Shown here piece by piece: positions 43,753 through 53,639 of a DNA stretch of 64,000 nt. The notes beneath the pieces are model-generated. The model did not search any database and was not told the origin of the DNA. It saw only the letters and a list, made by a program, of their open reading frames with translations. The stretch is taken from assembly GCA_963766715.1 (NCBI GenBank), contig CAVYBH010000012.1, forward strand, positions 192,001-256,000, read 5' to 3'. Each line of letters starts with the position of its first letter. The first letter of the stretch is position 1. The position numbers were made by a program, and so were the translations under genes. The DNA is from an uncultured delta proteobacterium. Its GTDB lineage: Bacteria > Myxococcota > Myxococcia > Myxococcales > Anaeromyxobacteraceae.

Positions 43753-44761
43753 ATGGCAGAGGTCGCACTGGGGAGCGAGGAACTGGTCCTCGCATTCCTC
43801 GCCGAGGCGGCGGACGACTTCGTCTCCGGCGAGACCATCAGCGACAAGCTCGGGCTCTCCCGGGCCGCGGTCTGGAAGCACGTGAACGCGCTTCGGGAGC
43901 AGGGGTACCGCATCGAGGCCCTTCCGGCCCGCGGCTACCGGCTGGCGGCCATCCCCGACCGGCTCCGCGCGCTGGAGATCGGGCCGCTCCTCAACACCCA
44001 CGATCTCGGGCAGGTCCTCCACTGCGAGGAGGAGTTGCCGTCCACGAACGACCTGGCCAAGGAGCTGGCCGAGGCCGGCGCGGTCCACGGCGAGGTGGTG
44101 ATCGCGGAGTGCCAGACCGCCGGACGCGGCCGCCGCGGGCGGACCTGGGTTTCGCCCTCCGGGCGGAACCTCTACCTGTCGGTCGTCCTCCGGCCGGTCC
44201 TGCCGCCGCAGCGGGCGCCGGAGCTGACGCTGGTGGCGTCGCTGGCCGCCTGCGACGCCTGCCGGCAGGCCGGGGCGGATGCCGGCATCAAGTGGCCCAA
44301 CGACGTGCTCGTGGAGGGCCGGAAGGTGGCGGGCATCCTCACCGAGCTCTCCGCCGAGCCCGACGCGGTGCACTGGGTCGTGCTGGGCATCGGCGTGAAC
44401 CTGAACTCCGGAGCCGAGGACTTCCCGGACGACGCTGCGCGACGTGGCCACCAGCCTCGCCCTCGAGCGCGGCCAGCCCGTTCCGCGGGCCCTCTTCGCC
44501 GCCGCGCTGCTTTCGACCCTGGAGCAGTGGCTCGACGTCCACGCCGCCGACGGATTCGAGCCCATCCGGCAGGCCTGGCGGGAGCGCTCCTGCACCCTGG
44601 GTCGCGAGGTGCGGGTCGAGGTCGACGGAAGCGAGGTCTCGGGGGTCGCGGAGGACATCGACGAGGGCGGGGCGCTGCTCGTCCGCACGCGGACCGGGCT
44701 GGTGCGGGTCGTCGCCGGCGACGTTCGCCTGCTTCGTCGCGTTGACCCGACAGGGTCGTGA
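43753..44761 (+). CDS. birA: Bifunctional biotin ligase / repressor (frameshift near 44435)
   Basis: HTH SRAAVWKH, QTAGRGRRGR, IKWPND, KVAGIL, GIGVN. Confidence 0.93.
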
Positions 44762-44770
44762 GGCTACCCT
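44742..44770 (+). promoter_or_regulatory. Sigma70-like promoter for coaX, probably leaderless
   Basis: TTGACC-N17-TACCCT, then 6 nt to GTG 44777. Confidence 0.6.
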
Positions 44771-44776
44771 CCCGCC

Positions 44777-45541
44777 GTGCTCCTCGCCATCGACGTCGGC
44801 AACACGAACACGGTCCTCGGAGCCTTCGCAGGGACGGATCTCCGCCACCAGTGGCGGGTCGAGACCTCCCAGAGCCGGACCCACGACGAGTGGGGCATCC
44901 TGGTCCGCCAGCTGTTCGCCTCGGTGGGCCTGGAGCCGGGCCGGGTGAAGGCCATCGCCATCTCCAGCGTGGTCCCGCCGCTGGCCTTCGCCCTCGAGCA
45001 GATGGCCCAGCGCTACTTCGGGGTGAAGCCGCTCTTCGTCGGTCCCGGCGTGAGGACCGGCCTGCCCATCCTCTACGACAACCCCCGCGAGGTCGGGGCC
45101 GACCGGGTCGTGAACGCCGTGGCCGCCTTCCACCGCTGGAAGCGCGGCCTCATCGTGGTGGACTTCGGCACCGCGACCACCTTCGACGCGGTGTCGCCGC
45201 GCGGCGAGTACCTGGGCGGCGCCATCGCGCCGGGCGTCTCCATCTCCATGGAGGCCCTCTTCCGGAACGCCTCGAAGCTGCCCCGCGTCGAGTTCGCCCG
45301 CCCCGAGCACGTGGTGGGCAAGAACACCGTGGCGAGCATGCAGAGCGGGCTGGTCTTCGGCTACGTGGGGCTCTGCGACGGGATCTGCGAGCGCATGCAG
45401 GCCGAGCTGCCCTTCCCGGCGCACGTGGTCGCGACGGGCGGGCTGGCGCCGCTGGTGGCGGGCCTCTCGAAGGCCATCGCCGAGGTGGACGAGCACCTGA
45501 CCCTCGATGGGCTCCGGCTCATCCACGAGATGAACGCGTGA
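44777..45541 (+). CDS. coaX: Type III pantothenate kinase
   Basis: LAIDVGNT, SSVVP, EVGADR, DFGTATT, GGAIAPG, ATGG. Confidence 0.95.
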   Translation: MLLAIDVGNTNTVLGAFAGTDLRHQWRVETSQSRTHDEWGILVRQLFASVGLEPGRVKAIAISSVVPPLAFALEQMAQRYFGVKPLFVGPGVRTGLPILYDNPREVGADRVVNAVAAFHRWKRGLIVVDFGTATTFDAVSPRGEYLGGAIAPGVSISMEALFRNASKLPRVEFARPEHVVGKNTVASMQSGLVFGYVGLCDGICERMQAELPFPAHVVATGGLAPLVAGLSKAIAEVDEHLTLDGLRLIHEMNA

Positions 45542-46063
45542 CCGGCCCGACCGCCATTCCGCCCGAGCGGGGACCGTCCGCCGAGGCGACCGCCGCCCTC
45601 GAGGAGGGGATCCGCCGGTTCCAGGGCGGGGACCCGGAAGGCGCCCACGAGAAGTTCGGCCAGGCGTATCGCCGGGCCCCGTCCGACCTCCGGATCCAGT
45701 CCTGGTACGGGCTGACGCTGGTCCTCGTCGAGAAGAACTCGAACCTGGGCGTGGTGCTCGTCGACGGGGCGGTGCGCTCGACCCGACCCGACCCCGAGCT
45801 CGTCATCAACCAGTCGAGGGTCGCCATGGCCCTCGGCCAGCGGGTGCGCGCGGTGCGGGCCCTGGAGCGCGGGCTGGCGCAGACCCCGGAACCAGCCCGA
45901 CCTGCTCGCGGCGCGGGAGGCCCTCGGGCGGCGGCAGCGCCCGGTCATTCCCGTCCTGTCCCGGCGCAACTGGCTGAACCGCTTCCTGGGACGCATGCAG
46001 CACGGCTGGTCGACCCGCCGTGCCGCCAAGGGAAAGCCACCCGCGCCCGACGGGGAGGGCTGA
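45538..46063 (+). CDS. TPR-like hypothetical protein (frameshift near 45890)
   Basis: GTG overlaps coaX stop; SWYGLTL, ALERGL; RRQRPVIPVLSRRNWLNRFLG in shifted frame. Confidence 0.65.
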
Positions 46064-46066
46064 CCG

Positions 46067-47203
46067 GTGGCAGGCTGTCCGCTTCCGCTGGAAATGCTCT
46101 CCAAGCCCCTGCACAAGCACGTGGAGGCCCGGGCCCCGGTGCCGCTCCGGATGATGGGCGCGAAGGGGCTCGTTCCGGCCGTGGCGTCGAACGACCTCGT
46201 CACGATGCTCTACTTCCTCTCCTTCGACCCCGAGCCGGGAGTCCGGGAGACCGCCGTGAAGACGGCGGCAGGGCTCCCGGAGCGGGTCTGGTCGGCGGCG
46301 CTCCGCTCGGAGGACCTCGAGGCGCCGGTGCTCGACTGGATGGCCGACCGCCTGGGCTCGGCCACCGCGGCGTTGCAGGCCATCCTCCTCAACCCGGCGA
46401 CCGCCGACGAGACGGTGGCGCGCCTGGCCCCTTCCGTGCCCAGCGCGCTCGTCGACATCATCCGGCAGAACGAGCTTCGGCTCCTGCGTCACGACGACAT
46501 CGTGCGCGGCCTCTGCCGGAACCCGGACGCGCTCGCCTCCACCATCGACGGCGCCTGCGACTTCTGCGTGCGCAACGGGCTCGTCCTCCTGGACGTGCAG
46601 CAGATGGTCGAGGCCCACCGGCGCGTCCACGGCACCGACCCGACGGCCCGGCCCGCCGAGGACTCGGCCGCCGCGCTGATGGCGGAGTACGGGGCCGAGC
46701 TGGCGCAGGACCCGGAGGAGAAGGGGTCGATGCCCGCCCCGACCCCGGAGCAGGAGGAGAAGCGGGAGAACATGACGCAGCGGGTGCTCAAGATGTCGGT
46801 GGCCGAGAAGATCAAGCTCGCCACGCTGGGCAACCGGGAGGCCAGGACCCTGCTGCTCCGCGACTCGAACCGGCTGGTGAGCCTGGCGGCGGCGCAGAGC
46901 CCGCGCATCACCGACGGGGAGATCCTCTCCCTCGCCAACTCCAAGACCTCGAGCGCCGACGTCCTGCGGTTCATCTACGAGAGCCGCGAGTTCCTCAAGA
47001 TCTACGCCCTGCGCGCCGCGCTGGTCCGGAACCCCAAGGTGCCCTTGCCCACCGCGCTCAAGTTCCTCCCCACGCTCCAGGAGCGGGACATCAAGGAGCT
47101 CGCCCGCGACCGCAACGTCCCCGCCACCGTGCAGGCGCAGGCCAAGTCGTGGATGATGAAGCGCGAGCAGGCCAGCAAGGGGCCCGTGGGCGGGAAGCAC
47201 TAG
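46067..47203 (+). CDS. Helical-repeat hypothetical protein
   Basis: Intact 378-aa ORF; MSVAEKIKLATLGNREARTLLLRD, ALVRNPKVP repeats. Confidence 0.75.
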   Translation: MAGCPLPLEMLSKPLHKHVEARAPVPLRMMGAKGLVPAVASNDLVTMLYFLSFDPEPGVRETAVKTAAGLPERVWSAALRSEDLEAPVLDWMADRLGSATAALQAILLNPATADETVARLAPSVPSALVDIIRQNELRLLRHDDIVRGLCRNPDALASTIDGACDFCVRNGLVLLDVQQMVEAHRRVHGTDPTARPAEDSAAALMAEYGAELAQDPEEKGSMPAPTPEQEEKRENMTQRVLKMSVAEKIKLATLGNREARTLLLRDSNRLVSLAAAQSPRITDGEILSLANSKTSSADVLRFIYESREFLKIYALRAALVRNPKVPLPTALKFLPTLQERDIKELARDRNVPATVQAQAKSWMMKREQASKGPVGGKH

Positions 47204-47254
47204 CGCCGGGACCGGCGCGGGTGCGCCGGATCGGACGCGGGGAGGCGGGCAGGA

Positions 47255-48832
47255 ATGAAGATGGGGCGGGCGATCTGGCTCTCGGCTGCGACCATGACGT
47301 CGCGGGTGCTGGGACTCGTCCGGGACCAGCTCTTCGCGGCGCTGGTGGGCGCGAACCGGTGGTCGGACGCCTTCGTGGTGGCCTTCCGCATCCCCAACCT
47401 CCTGAGGGACCTGTTCGCGGAGGGCGCCCTCTCCTCGGCCTTCGTCCCGACCTTCGCGGATGCCCACGCGAAGCGGGGGCGGGACGCGGCCTACCAGCTC
47501 GCCAATGCGCTCGTCGGGGCGGTCCTGGTGGTGGTGGGCGGCGTCGTGATCACCGGCCTGCTCGCCGCGCCCGCCATCGTCCGGCTGCTCGCGCCGGGGT
47601 TCGGTCCGGAGGAGGCGGAGTTCGCCACCTTCCTCACCCGGATCATGATGCCCTTCCTCCTGCTCGTCTCCCTCTCGGCGGTGTCGATGGGGATGCTGAA
47701 CGCGCAGTCGAGGTTCACCGCGCCGGCCCTCGCGCCGGCCCTGTTCAACGTCGGGGCCATCGCCGTGGGCGCCTGGCTCTGGGCCACGGGAAAGGGCCCT
47801 CGGGCCGCCGCGGTCGGGTGGTCGGTGGGAACGCTGGTGGGGGGGGCCATGCAGCTCGCCGCGCAGTGGCCCAGCCTGCGAGCGCTGGGATTCCGCCTGC
47901 GCCCGCGCTTCGGGTCCGCGGCGCTCGCCGACCCGGGGATCCGCCGCATCGGGCGGCTCATGGGGGCGGCCGTCATCGGCCTCTCCGCCACCCAGGTGAA
48001 CATCCTGGTGAACACCATCTTCGCCTCGCACGAGGTGGGGGCGAACACCTGGCTCCAGATGGCCTTCCGGCTCATGCAGCTGCCGCTCGGCGTCTTCGGG
48101 GTCGCCATCGCCACGGTGGCCGGCGCCGGCGTGGCGCAGCGGGTGGCCGCGGGCGACATGCACGGGGTGCGGGACACCCTGGGCTCGGCGATGCGCCTCG
48201 TGGCCTTCCTGAACGTCCCGGCGGCGGTGGGGCTCATCGTGCTCGCCCACCCCATCATCTCGCTGGTCTACGAGCACGGGCGATTCGGCGGGGCCGACGC
48301 CGCCGCCACCGCCGACGCGCTGGTCTTCTACGCCGTCGGCCTCTACGGGTACTCGGCGGTCAAGGTCTTCGCGCCGGCCTTCTACGCGCTCGACGAGGCG
48401 CGCATCCCCGTGGTGGGCAGCGTGGTGGGCATGGTCTCGAACGTGATCCTCGTGCTCGCGCTCCACCCGGTCCTGGGATTCCGGGGCATCGCGCTGGGGA
48501 CCGCGCTGGCCGCCACCGCCAACTTCGCGGTGCTGGCCGTGGCCTGGAAGTGGCGGCACGGGGGACTGGGCGAGGCCGGGATCTACCGGCAGCTGGCGAG
48601 GACGCTGGCCGCGGCCGCCGTGATGACCGGGGTGGTCCTCGGGACGCGCTGGGCGCTCGCGCCGATGCTCCCGCCGGGCGGCATGGCTCGCCAGGCGCCG
48701 CTCGCGCTCGTTCCCATCGTCACCGGGGCCGTCGCGTACTTCCTGGCGGCGCGCGCGCTCGGCGTGAAGGAGCTGGGAGAGGTCGCCTCAGCGCTCCGGC
48801 GTCGACGGCGGGGTGCCGCCGTCGCCCGGTGA
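47255..48832 (+). CDS. murJ: Lipid II flippase MurJ
   Basis: SRVLGLVRD, AFRIPNLLRDLFAEGA, RLMQLPLGVFG, PAFYA. Confidence 0.95.
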   Translation: MKMGRAIWLSAATMTSRVLGLVRDQLFAALVGANRWSDAFVVAFRIPNLLRDLFAEGALSSAFVPTFADAHAKRGRDAAYQLANALVGAVLVVVGGVVITGLLAAPAIVRLLAPGFGPEEAEFATFLTRIMMPFLLLVSLSAVSMGMLNAQSRFTAPALAPALFNVGAIAVGAWLWATGKGPRAAAVGWSVGTLVGGAMQLAAQWPSLRALGFRLRPRFGSAALADPGIRRIGRLMGAAVIGLSATQVNILVNTIFASHEVGANTWLQMAFRLMQLPLGVFGVAIATVAGAGVAQRVAAGDMHGVRDTLGSAMRLVAFLNVPAAVGLIVLAHPIISLVYEHGRFGGADAAATADALVFYAVGLYGYSAVKVFAPAFYALDEARIPVVGSVVGMVSNVILVLALHPVLGFRGIALGTALAATANFAVLAVAWKWRHGGLGEAGIYRQLARTLAAAAVMTGVVLGTRWALAPMLPPGGMARQAPLALVPIVTGAVAYFLAARALGVKELGEVASALRRRRRGAAVAR

Positions 48833-50578
48833 CCGGTCCTCGAGGACCTGAAGGACCATGGCGAGGGCCTTCCGGGTCTTCTCGCGGAGCTTCTCGTCGC
48901 TCTTGATCTTCTGGTAGGCGCGCAGCACGCGATCCTCGTGCTGGGCGGCCTGGGCCTGCGCGGCCTGGAGCTGCTGCGAGAGCTGCTCCACGCGGGCCTC
49001 GACTTCCGAGCGCGCGCTCGCGGCGGCGGCGACGGCCGAACGGACGCCCTCCAGCTCGGTCCGGAGCGTGCTCGCCTCGGCGGACAGCGCGTCCCGCTCG
49101 GCCCTCAGGTCGATCGTCTCGGAGCGCAGGCCTTCCAGCTCGGAGCGGACCGCGTCTCCATCCGCGCGCAGGGCCGCCGACGCCGAGCGGAGCGACTCTC
49201 CCTCGGCGCGCAGCGTGGCGAGCTCGAGCCGGAAGGCCTCGTTCTCCTCGCGGAGGGAGTCGGCCTCGAGCCGGGCGGCCTCGCCCTGGGCGAGCGCGGG
49301 CGCGGAGCGTCTGGGCCTCTCGGCCGGCCGGACGGCGTCGGCGTCGGCGCGCAGGGCCTCGAGCTCCGATTGGGCGACCAGCGGTCGCGGAACGGGCCTC
49401 CTCGAGCCCGCGCTCCAGGCCGGTGGCGCGGTTCACGGCCTCGAGCGCCTCGTCGCCGCGCGCGGAGGCGGATCGCTCGGCCTCGTCGAGCCGGGAGCGA
49501 AGCTCCTGGAGCTCGCGCTCCAGCCCGGTCGTGCGTTCCTGGGCCTGGCGCGACGCCTCGCTGGCCGCCGCGCGGGCCGCCTCGAGCTCGCCCGTGAGGG
49601 AGAGAACGGCGCCTTCGCTGGAGTCGAGCAGCGAGCGGAGGTTGGCGAGCTCCGCCTCCCTCTCGCCGGCCTGGCTCTCCCATTCCACGGTGGCGCCCTG
49701 GAGGCGGTCGAGCTCCTCGCGAAGCGCCCTGGCCTCGTCCTGGGAGGCCTGCAGCGTGAGCGCCAGCGATCCGTCGGTCACGTCGACGGTCGGGAGGACC
49801 TCGACGTCCTCCAGCAGGATCGGGGTCTCCTCCTCGTCTGCGGGCTCGATGGTCGGCTGGACGAGCCGGACCGGCGAGGGTGGGGGAGTCGCGGCGAGCG
49901 GAGCGGCCTGGGACGGAGCCGCGGCCTCCTCGGCCAGCGCCGCCAGCGCCTCGGCCATCTCCCGATCGAGGTCGAAGCGTGGCGGGGGATTCGTCGGCGT
50001 CCGGCAGGAGCGTGAGCGGCGGCTCGGAGACGGGGGAGCCGGGGGCGCGGGTGCTGGGCTCGTCCCCGCCGCCACCGCCGGAGATGCTGTCGAACGCCTC
50101 GTCCAGCATCCGGAGGTCGGCGTCCTCCTCGACGGGCGTCGCCGGGCCGTCGAGCTCGACGTCGGCGAGCGTGACGAGCTCCTCCTCCGCGGCCAGCGCC
50201 TCCGGCATTCCCACGAGCGCGCCGACCCGCTCGACCAGCGTGGCCGGGCAGGAAGGGCTTGATGAGGTAGTCCTCGGCGCGGGTCTTCAGCTTGCGGTGC
50301 TGCTCGAAGGTCTCGGGCGTCGCCTCGGAGCTGGTGATGACGAGGGGAATCGACTTCAGCGCGTCGTCCTTCTTCAGCCGGTTGCACCAGGAATAGCCGG
50401 AGAGCCCCGGGAGCTCGACGCACAGCACCACGCAGTCGGGGCGGAGCGCCCGTGCGAGCTCCACGCCTTCCTTGCCCTCGGAGCTGGTCCGCACGCCGAA
50501 GCCCCGCGACTCCAGGGCAGCAGACATGTCGCGTGCGAAGGAGGAGTCGCTCTCGATGAGCAGGACGGTCTTGGACAT
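48788..50578 (-). CDS. frzS: FrzS-like pseudo-receiver plus coiled-coil motility protein (several frameshifts)
   Basis: MSKTVLLIESD..KLKKDD-like..FEQHRKLK..DYLIKP; long coiled coil; C-terminus AYQKIKSDEKLREKTRKAL; downstream of ECF/anti-sigma as in M. xanthus. Confidence 0.82.
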
Positions 50579-50584
50579 CCACGG

Positions 50585-50614
50585 ATCCTAAGGCCGCCCC
50601 GAACGGGCTGTCAA
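50585..50614 (-). promoter_or_regulatory. Sigma70-like promoter for frzS, probably leaderless
   Basis: TTGACA-N18-TAGGAT, then 6 nt to ATG 50578. Confidence 0.65.
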
Positions 50615-50632
50615 AAACCGGCCGGCGAGGCG

Positions 50633-51463
50633 CTATCGCTCCGTCGACTGCGCCGTCTCCACCAGGCGGACGAGATCGGCCTCGTCGAGATCGGAGACGA
50701 GGGAGTAGACGATCTCGTTGCGACGCCAGACGGCCACGTTGTAGCCGCGCATGTTCATCACCCAGACCGTGGCGGGCCCGGCGTTGACCCGGTGCCCTTC
50801 CTCGGCGACGCGGCGATGGGGGTCGTCGATGATGAAGAGCCCGACCGGCCCGCGGGGCGTCTCGTAGCGCATGTAGGCGGCCGGCCAGTTGTGGATCTGG
50901 GCCAGCCCCGCGCCCACCAGCTTCACCCCGTCGCCCCGGAAGGCGGGCGGCTTGGGGTTGAAGTCGAGGCGGCGCGCCAGCATCGAGGGGATGAGCTCCG
51001 GGGCGATGGCGGCCGTGCTGAGCTCGAGCGGCAGGTCGCGGGCGTGCTTGCGCACCGCCTCCTCGACGAGCGGGTCGGTGGCGCGGTGGCCGGCGAAGAC
51101 GACGAGCGCGCCGGCGACGCAGGCGGCGAGCGCCGCGACGGGCAGCGGGGAGATCAGGCGACGCCACCAGGTGGCCGGGCGGGCCTCCTCGGCGTCGAGG
51201 GCGGCGGAGATCCGCCTGCGCAGCGAGTCGGGAGCGGTGGCCTGAGGCGTCCCGGGGGCGAAGGCCTCGCGCAGCCTGGCGCGAAGCTCCGACCGGAAGG
51301 CCATGGCGGAGGCCGCCCCGTCGCGGCAGGTGGAGCACGCAGAGAGGTGGGTCTCGATGGAGGCGCGATCGCCTGCCTCGAATTCCCCGTCGAGGTACGG
51401 CTCCATGAGCCGTTCCACGTCACTGCAATCGAAGGTCGTGCTGGCGGTCGCGCCCTGCGTCAT
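50633..51463 (-). CDS. Membrane-anchored ZAS (zf-HC2) anti-sigma factor
   Basis: C..YLDGE..HLSACSTC (HxxxCxxC), single TM, extracytoplasmic domain. Confidence 0.9.
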   Translation of the reverse strand: MTQGATASTTFDCSDVERLMEPYLDGEFEAGDRASIETHLSACSTCRDGAASAMAFRSELRARLREAFAPGTPQATAPDSLRRRISAALDAEEARPATWWRRLISPLPVAALAACVAGALVVFAGHRATDPLVEEAVRKHARDLPLELSTAAIAPELIPSMLARRLDFNPKPPAFRGDGVKLVGAGLAQIHNWPAAYMRYETPRGPVGLFIIDDPHRRVAEEGHRVNAGPATVWVMNMRGYNVAVWRRNEIVYSLVSDLDEADLVRLVETAQSTER

Positions 51464-51478
51464 GTGCGATGTCCCGTG

Positions 51479-52126
51479 CTACGAGATGCCCCGCCTGCGT
51501 TTCCAGTCGTCGAGGTCGATGCTGGCGTCGCGGATGCTCCCATCCTCTTTGCCAGCGTGCAACACTCCCGATGCCGTGGCGTATTCCGCCAGTTGCTTCT
51601 GGAGCAGGCGGCGTCCCCGGAACAGGCGACTCATCACCGTGCCGACCGGCACGTCGAGGATGTCGGCGATCTCCTTGTAGGAGAAGTCCTGGAGGTCGGC
51701 GAGGATCACCGTGAGGCGGAAGTCGACCGGGATGGCGTCGATGGCCCGCAGCACGTCGTCGGAGAGGAGGCGCTCGAAGAAGGCCCGCTCCGGGTCCTCC
51801 GCCACGTCGGCGGCGTCGCGCGAGACCAGCCGGTCCTGCACCGAATCCCGCTCGTCCTCGACGATGTTCCGTTCCTTGGTGGTGCGCCGGTACCGGTTGA
51901 TGAAGGTGTTGGTGAGGATCTTGTAGAGCCAGGCCTTGATGTTGGTGCCCCGCTCGAACTTGTCGAAGAAGCGGAAGGCCCGGAGCACGGCGTCCTGGAC
52001 CAGGTCCTCGGCGTCGCGAGGATTCTTGGTCAGGCGGAGCGCGGCGGCGTAGAGGCCGTCGAGGTGGGGAAGCGCCAGCGACTCGAACTCGCGGCGGCTC
52101 CCCTCTGTGGCGCGATTCAGCAACAA
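51479..52126 (-). CDS. ECF sigma factor, SigH/SigR-like (probable RpoE1 orthologue)
   Basis: [52 protein letters not shown] 8 nt before TTG start. Confidence 0.92.
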   Translation of the reverse strand: MLLNRATEGSRREFESLALPHLDGLYAAALRLTKNPRDAEDLVQDAVLRAFRFFDKFERGTNIKAWLYKILTNTFINRYRRTTKERNIVEDERDSVQDRLVSRDAADVAEDPERAFFERLLSDDVLRAIDAIPVDFRLTVILADLQDFSYKEIADILDVPVGTVMSRLFRGRRLLQKQLAEYATASGVLHAGKEDGSIRDASIDLDDWKRRRGIS

Positions 52127-52191
52127 GTGTCGTGCCTCCTCAGGCTGGGGGTCGGATGGATGGACGCCCGCCTCGTGACGCTGCCCTGTGG

Positions 52192-52217
52192 AACGGGCAG
52201 GGGGAAACGGATCTTCC
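52192..52217 (-). promoter_or_regulatory. Probable autoregulatory ECF promoter
   Basis: GGAAG-N18-GTT upstream of the ECF gene. Confidence 0.6.
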
Positions 52218-52339
52218 GGCCCCCGATACACCCGGAAGGGTCTAGCGGGCCGGAGCCATGAAATCACGTGGAAAAGGGAAGGTAGGTCCGTCGCGGGCGT
52301 CGGCAAGGCGCCAGTGGTATGAACCCGCGCAAGTCCGCC

Positions 52340-53639
52340 ATGTATCGACTCTTCTTCGCCGACTCGACCGGGGCCGTCTACGACCATCCCCACCTGCTCG
52401 CCGCTGCCCGCAGCGGCGGCGACGTCGTTCGTCCTGCGGGGCGCCCGGTTCCCCTTCCCGAGGGGGGGGCGCTCTGCGTCCTCCCGGGCCGGAGGCCGGT
52501 GGGGTTCGACCCGGAGACCGGTGAGCCGGTGGTCCTGAAGGAGTTCCGCGTCGGCCGCCGAATCCATCGTGCCGGTCGCCGTGGGCGCGACCCTGCCGCC
52601 GGGCTACACCCGCACCCTGCTGCCGGCGGCGTCGCGGCCGGCGCTCGGCGTGGCCGGGGTCCCGGTCCTTCCCCAGTGGGCCTACACGGCCGCCGCCTAT
52701 TCGCCGCAGGGTCCGGTGGCCTGGGCGCTCCACACCGACCGACGCGGGCACTGGGACCCGGCGCGCCACTCCACCGCCGACCTGGCGGGGCTCGTGGAGG
52801 AGCGGCTCTGTCGCGCCGACAACCCGGTCTACCGCCAGCTGGCCCGCTGCGCGCTCCAGTGGTCCTGCTTCACCGCCCAGAACACCTTCTACGGGCGCGA
52901 CGAGGGGGCCATCCCGTCCTCGGCGGCCTGCAACGCCCGGTGCGTCGGGTGCCTGTCCGAGACGGCCGAGGGGATGCCCCCGTCGAGCCACGATCGGATC
53001 CTGCGATCGCCCACCGCCGAGGAGATGGCCGACGTCGGCGCGGAGCACCTCGCCGGCGCCACCGGACGCACCATGGTGAGCTTCGGGCAGGGCTGCGAGG
53101 GGGAGCCCCTGCTGCGCTGGAAGGAGATCGTCCGGGCCATCCGGCTCATGCGCGGGCGGACCTCCCGGGGATCGATCAACGTGAACACCAACGGCTCGCT
53201 GCCCGACGCGCTCGGCGCGCTGGCCGACGCGGGCCTCGACGCGGTGCGCATCTCCCTCAACTCCGCCTCCCCGGATCTCTACTCGGCGTACTATCGACCG
53301 GTGAGCTACTCGCTGGCCGACGTCGAGGCGTCCATGCGGGTGGCCCGCAAGAAGGGGCTCTACCTGGCGCTCAACCTGCTCGTCTTCCCGGGCGTCACGG
53401 ACCGTGAAAAGGAGGTCGAGCGGCTCGCGGCCCTGGTCCGCCGCGTCGGGGCGGATCAGGTGCAGGCCCGGTCGCTCGCGATGGATCCGGACGTCTACTG
53501 GGAGATCGCCCGCGACCGGGGCGGGCAAGGGCCGGCGCTCGGTGTCCCGGCGCTGCTCCGCGCGCTCCGGACGGCCCGCCCGGGCCTCGTGGTCGGCAAC
53601 TTCGCCCGCGGCCTGGGCGAGAGGGGGAGGGCGGCGTGA
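52340..53639 (+). CDS. Radical SAM protein of unknown function (frameshift near 52565)
   Basis: [40 protein letters not shown]. Confidence 0.85.

Noticed and set aside
38471..43795. Very long antisense ORFs (1774 aa here; similar ones opposite rnr, mutS2, clp, murJ)
   Set aside because: Shadow ORFs typical of high-GC DNA; no recognisable motifs
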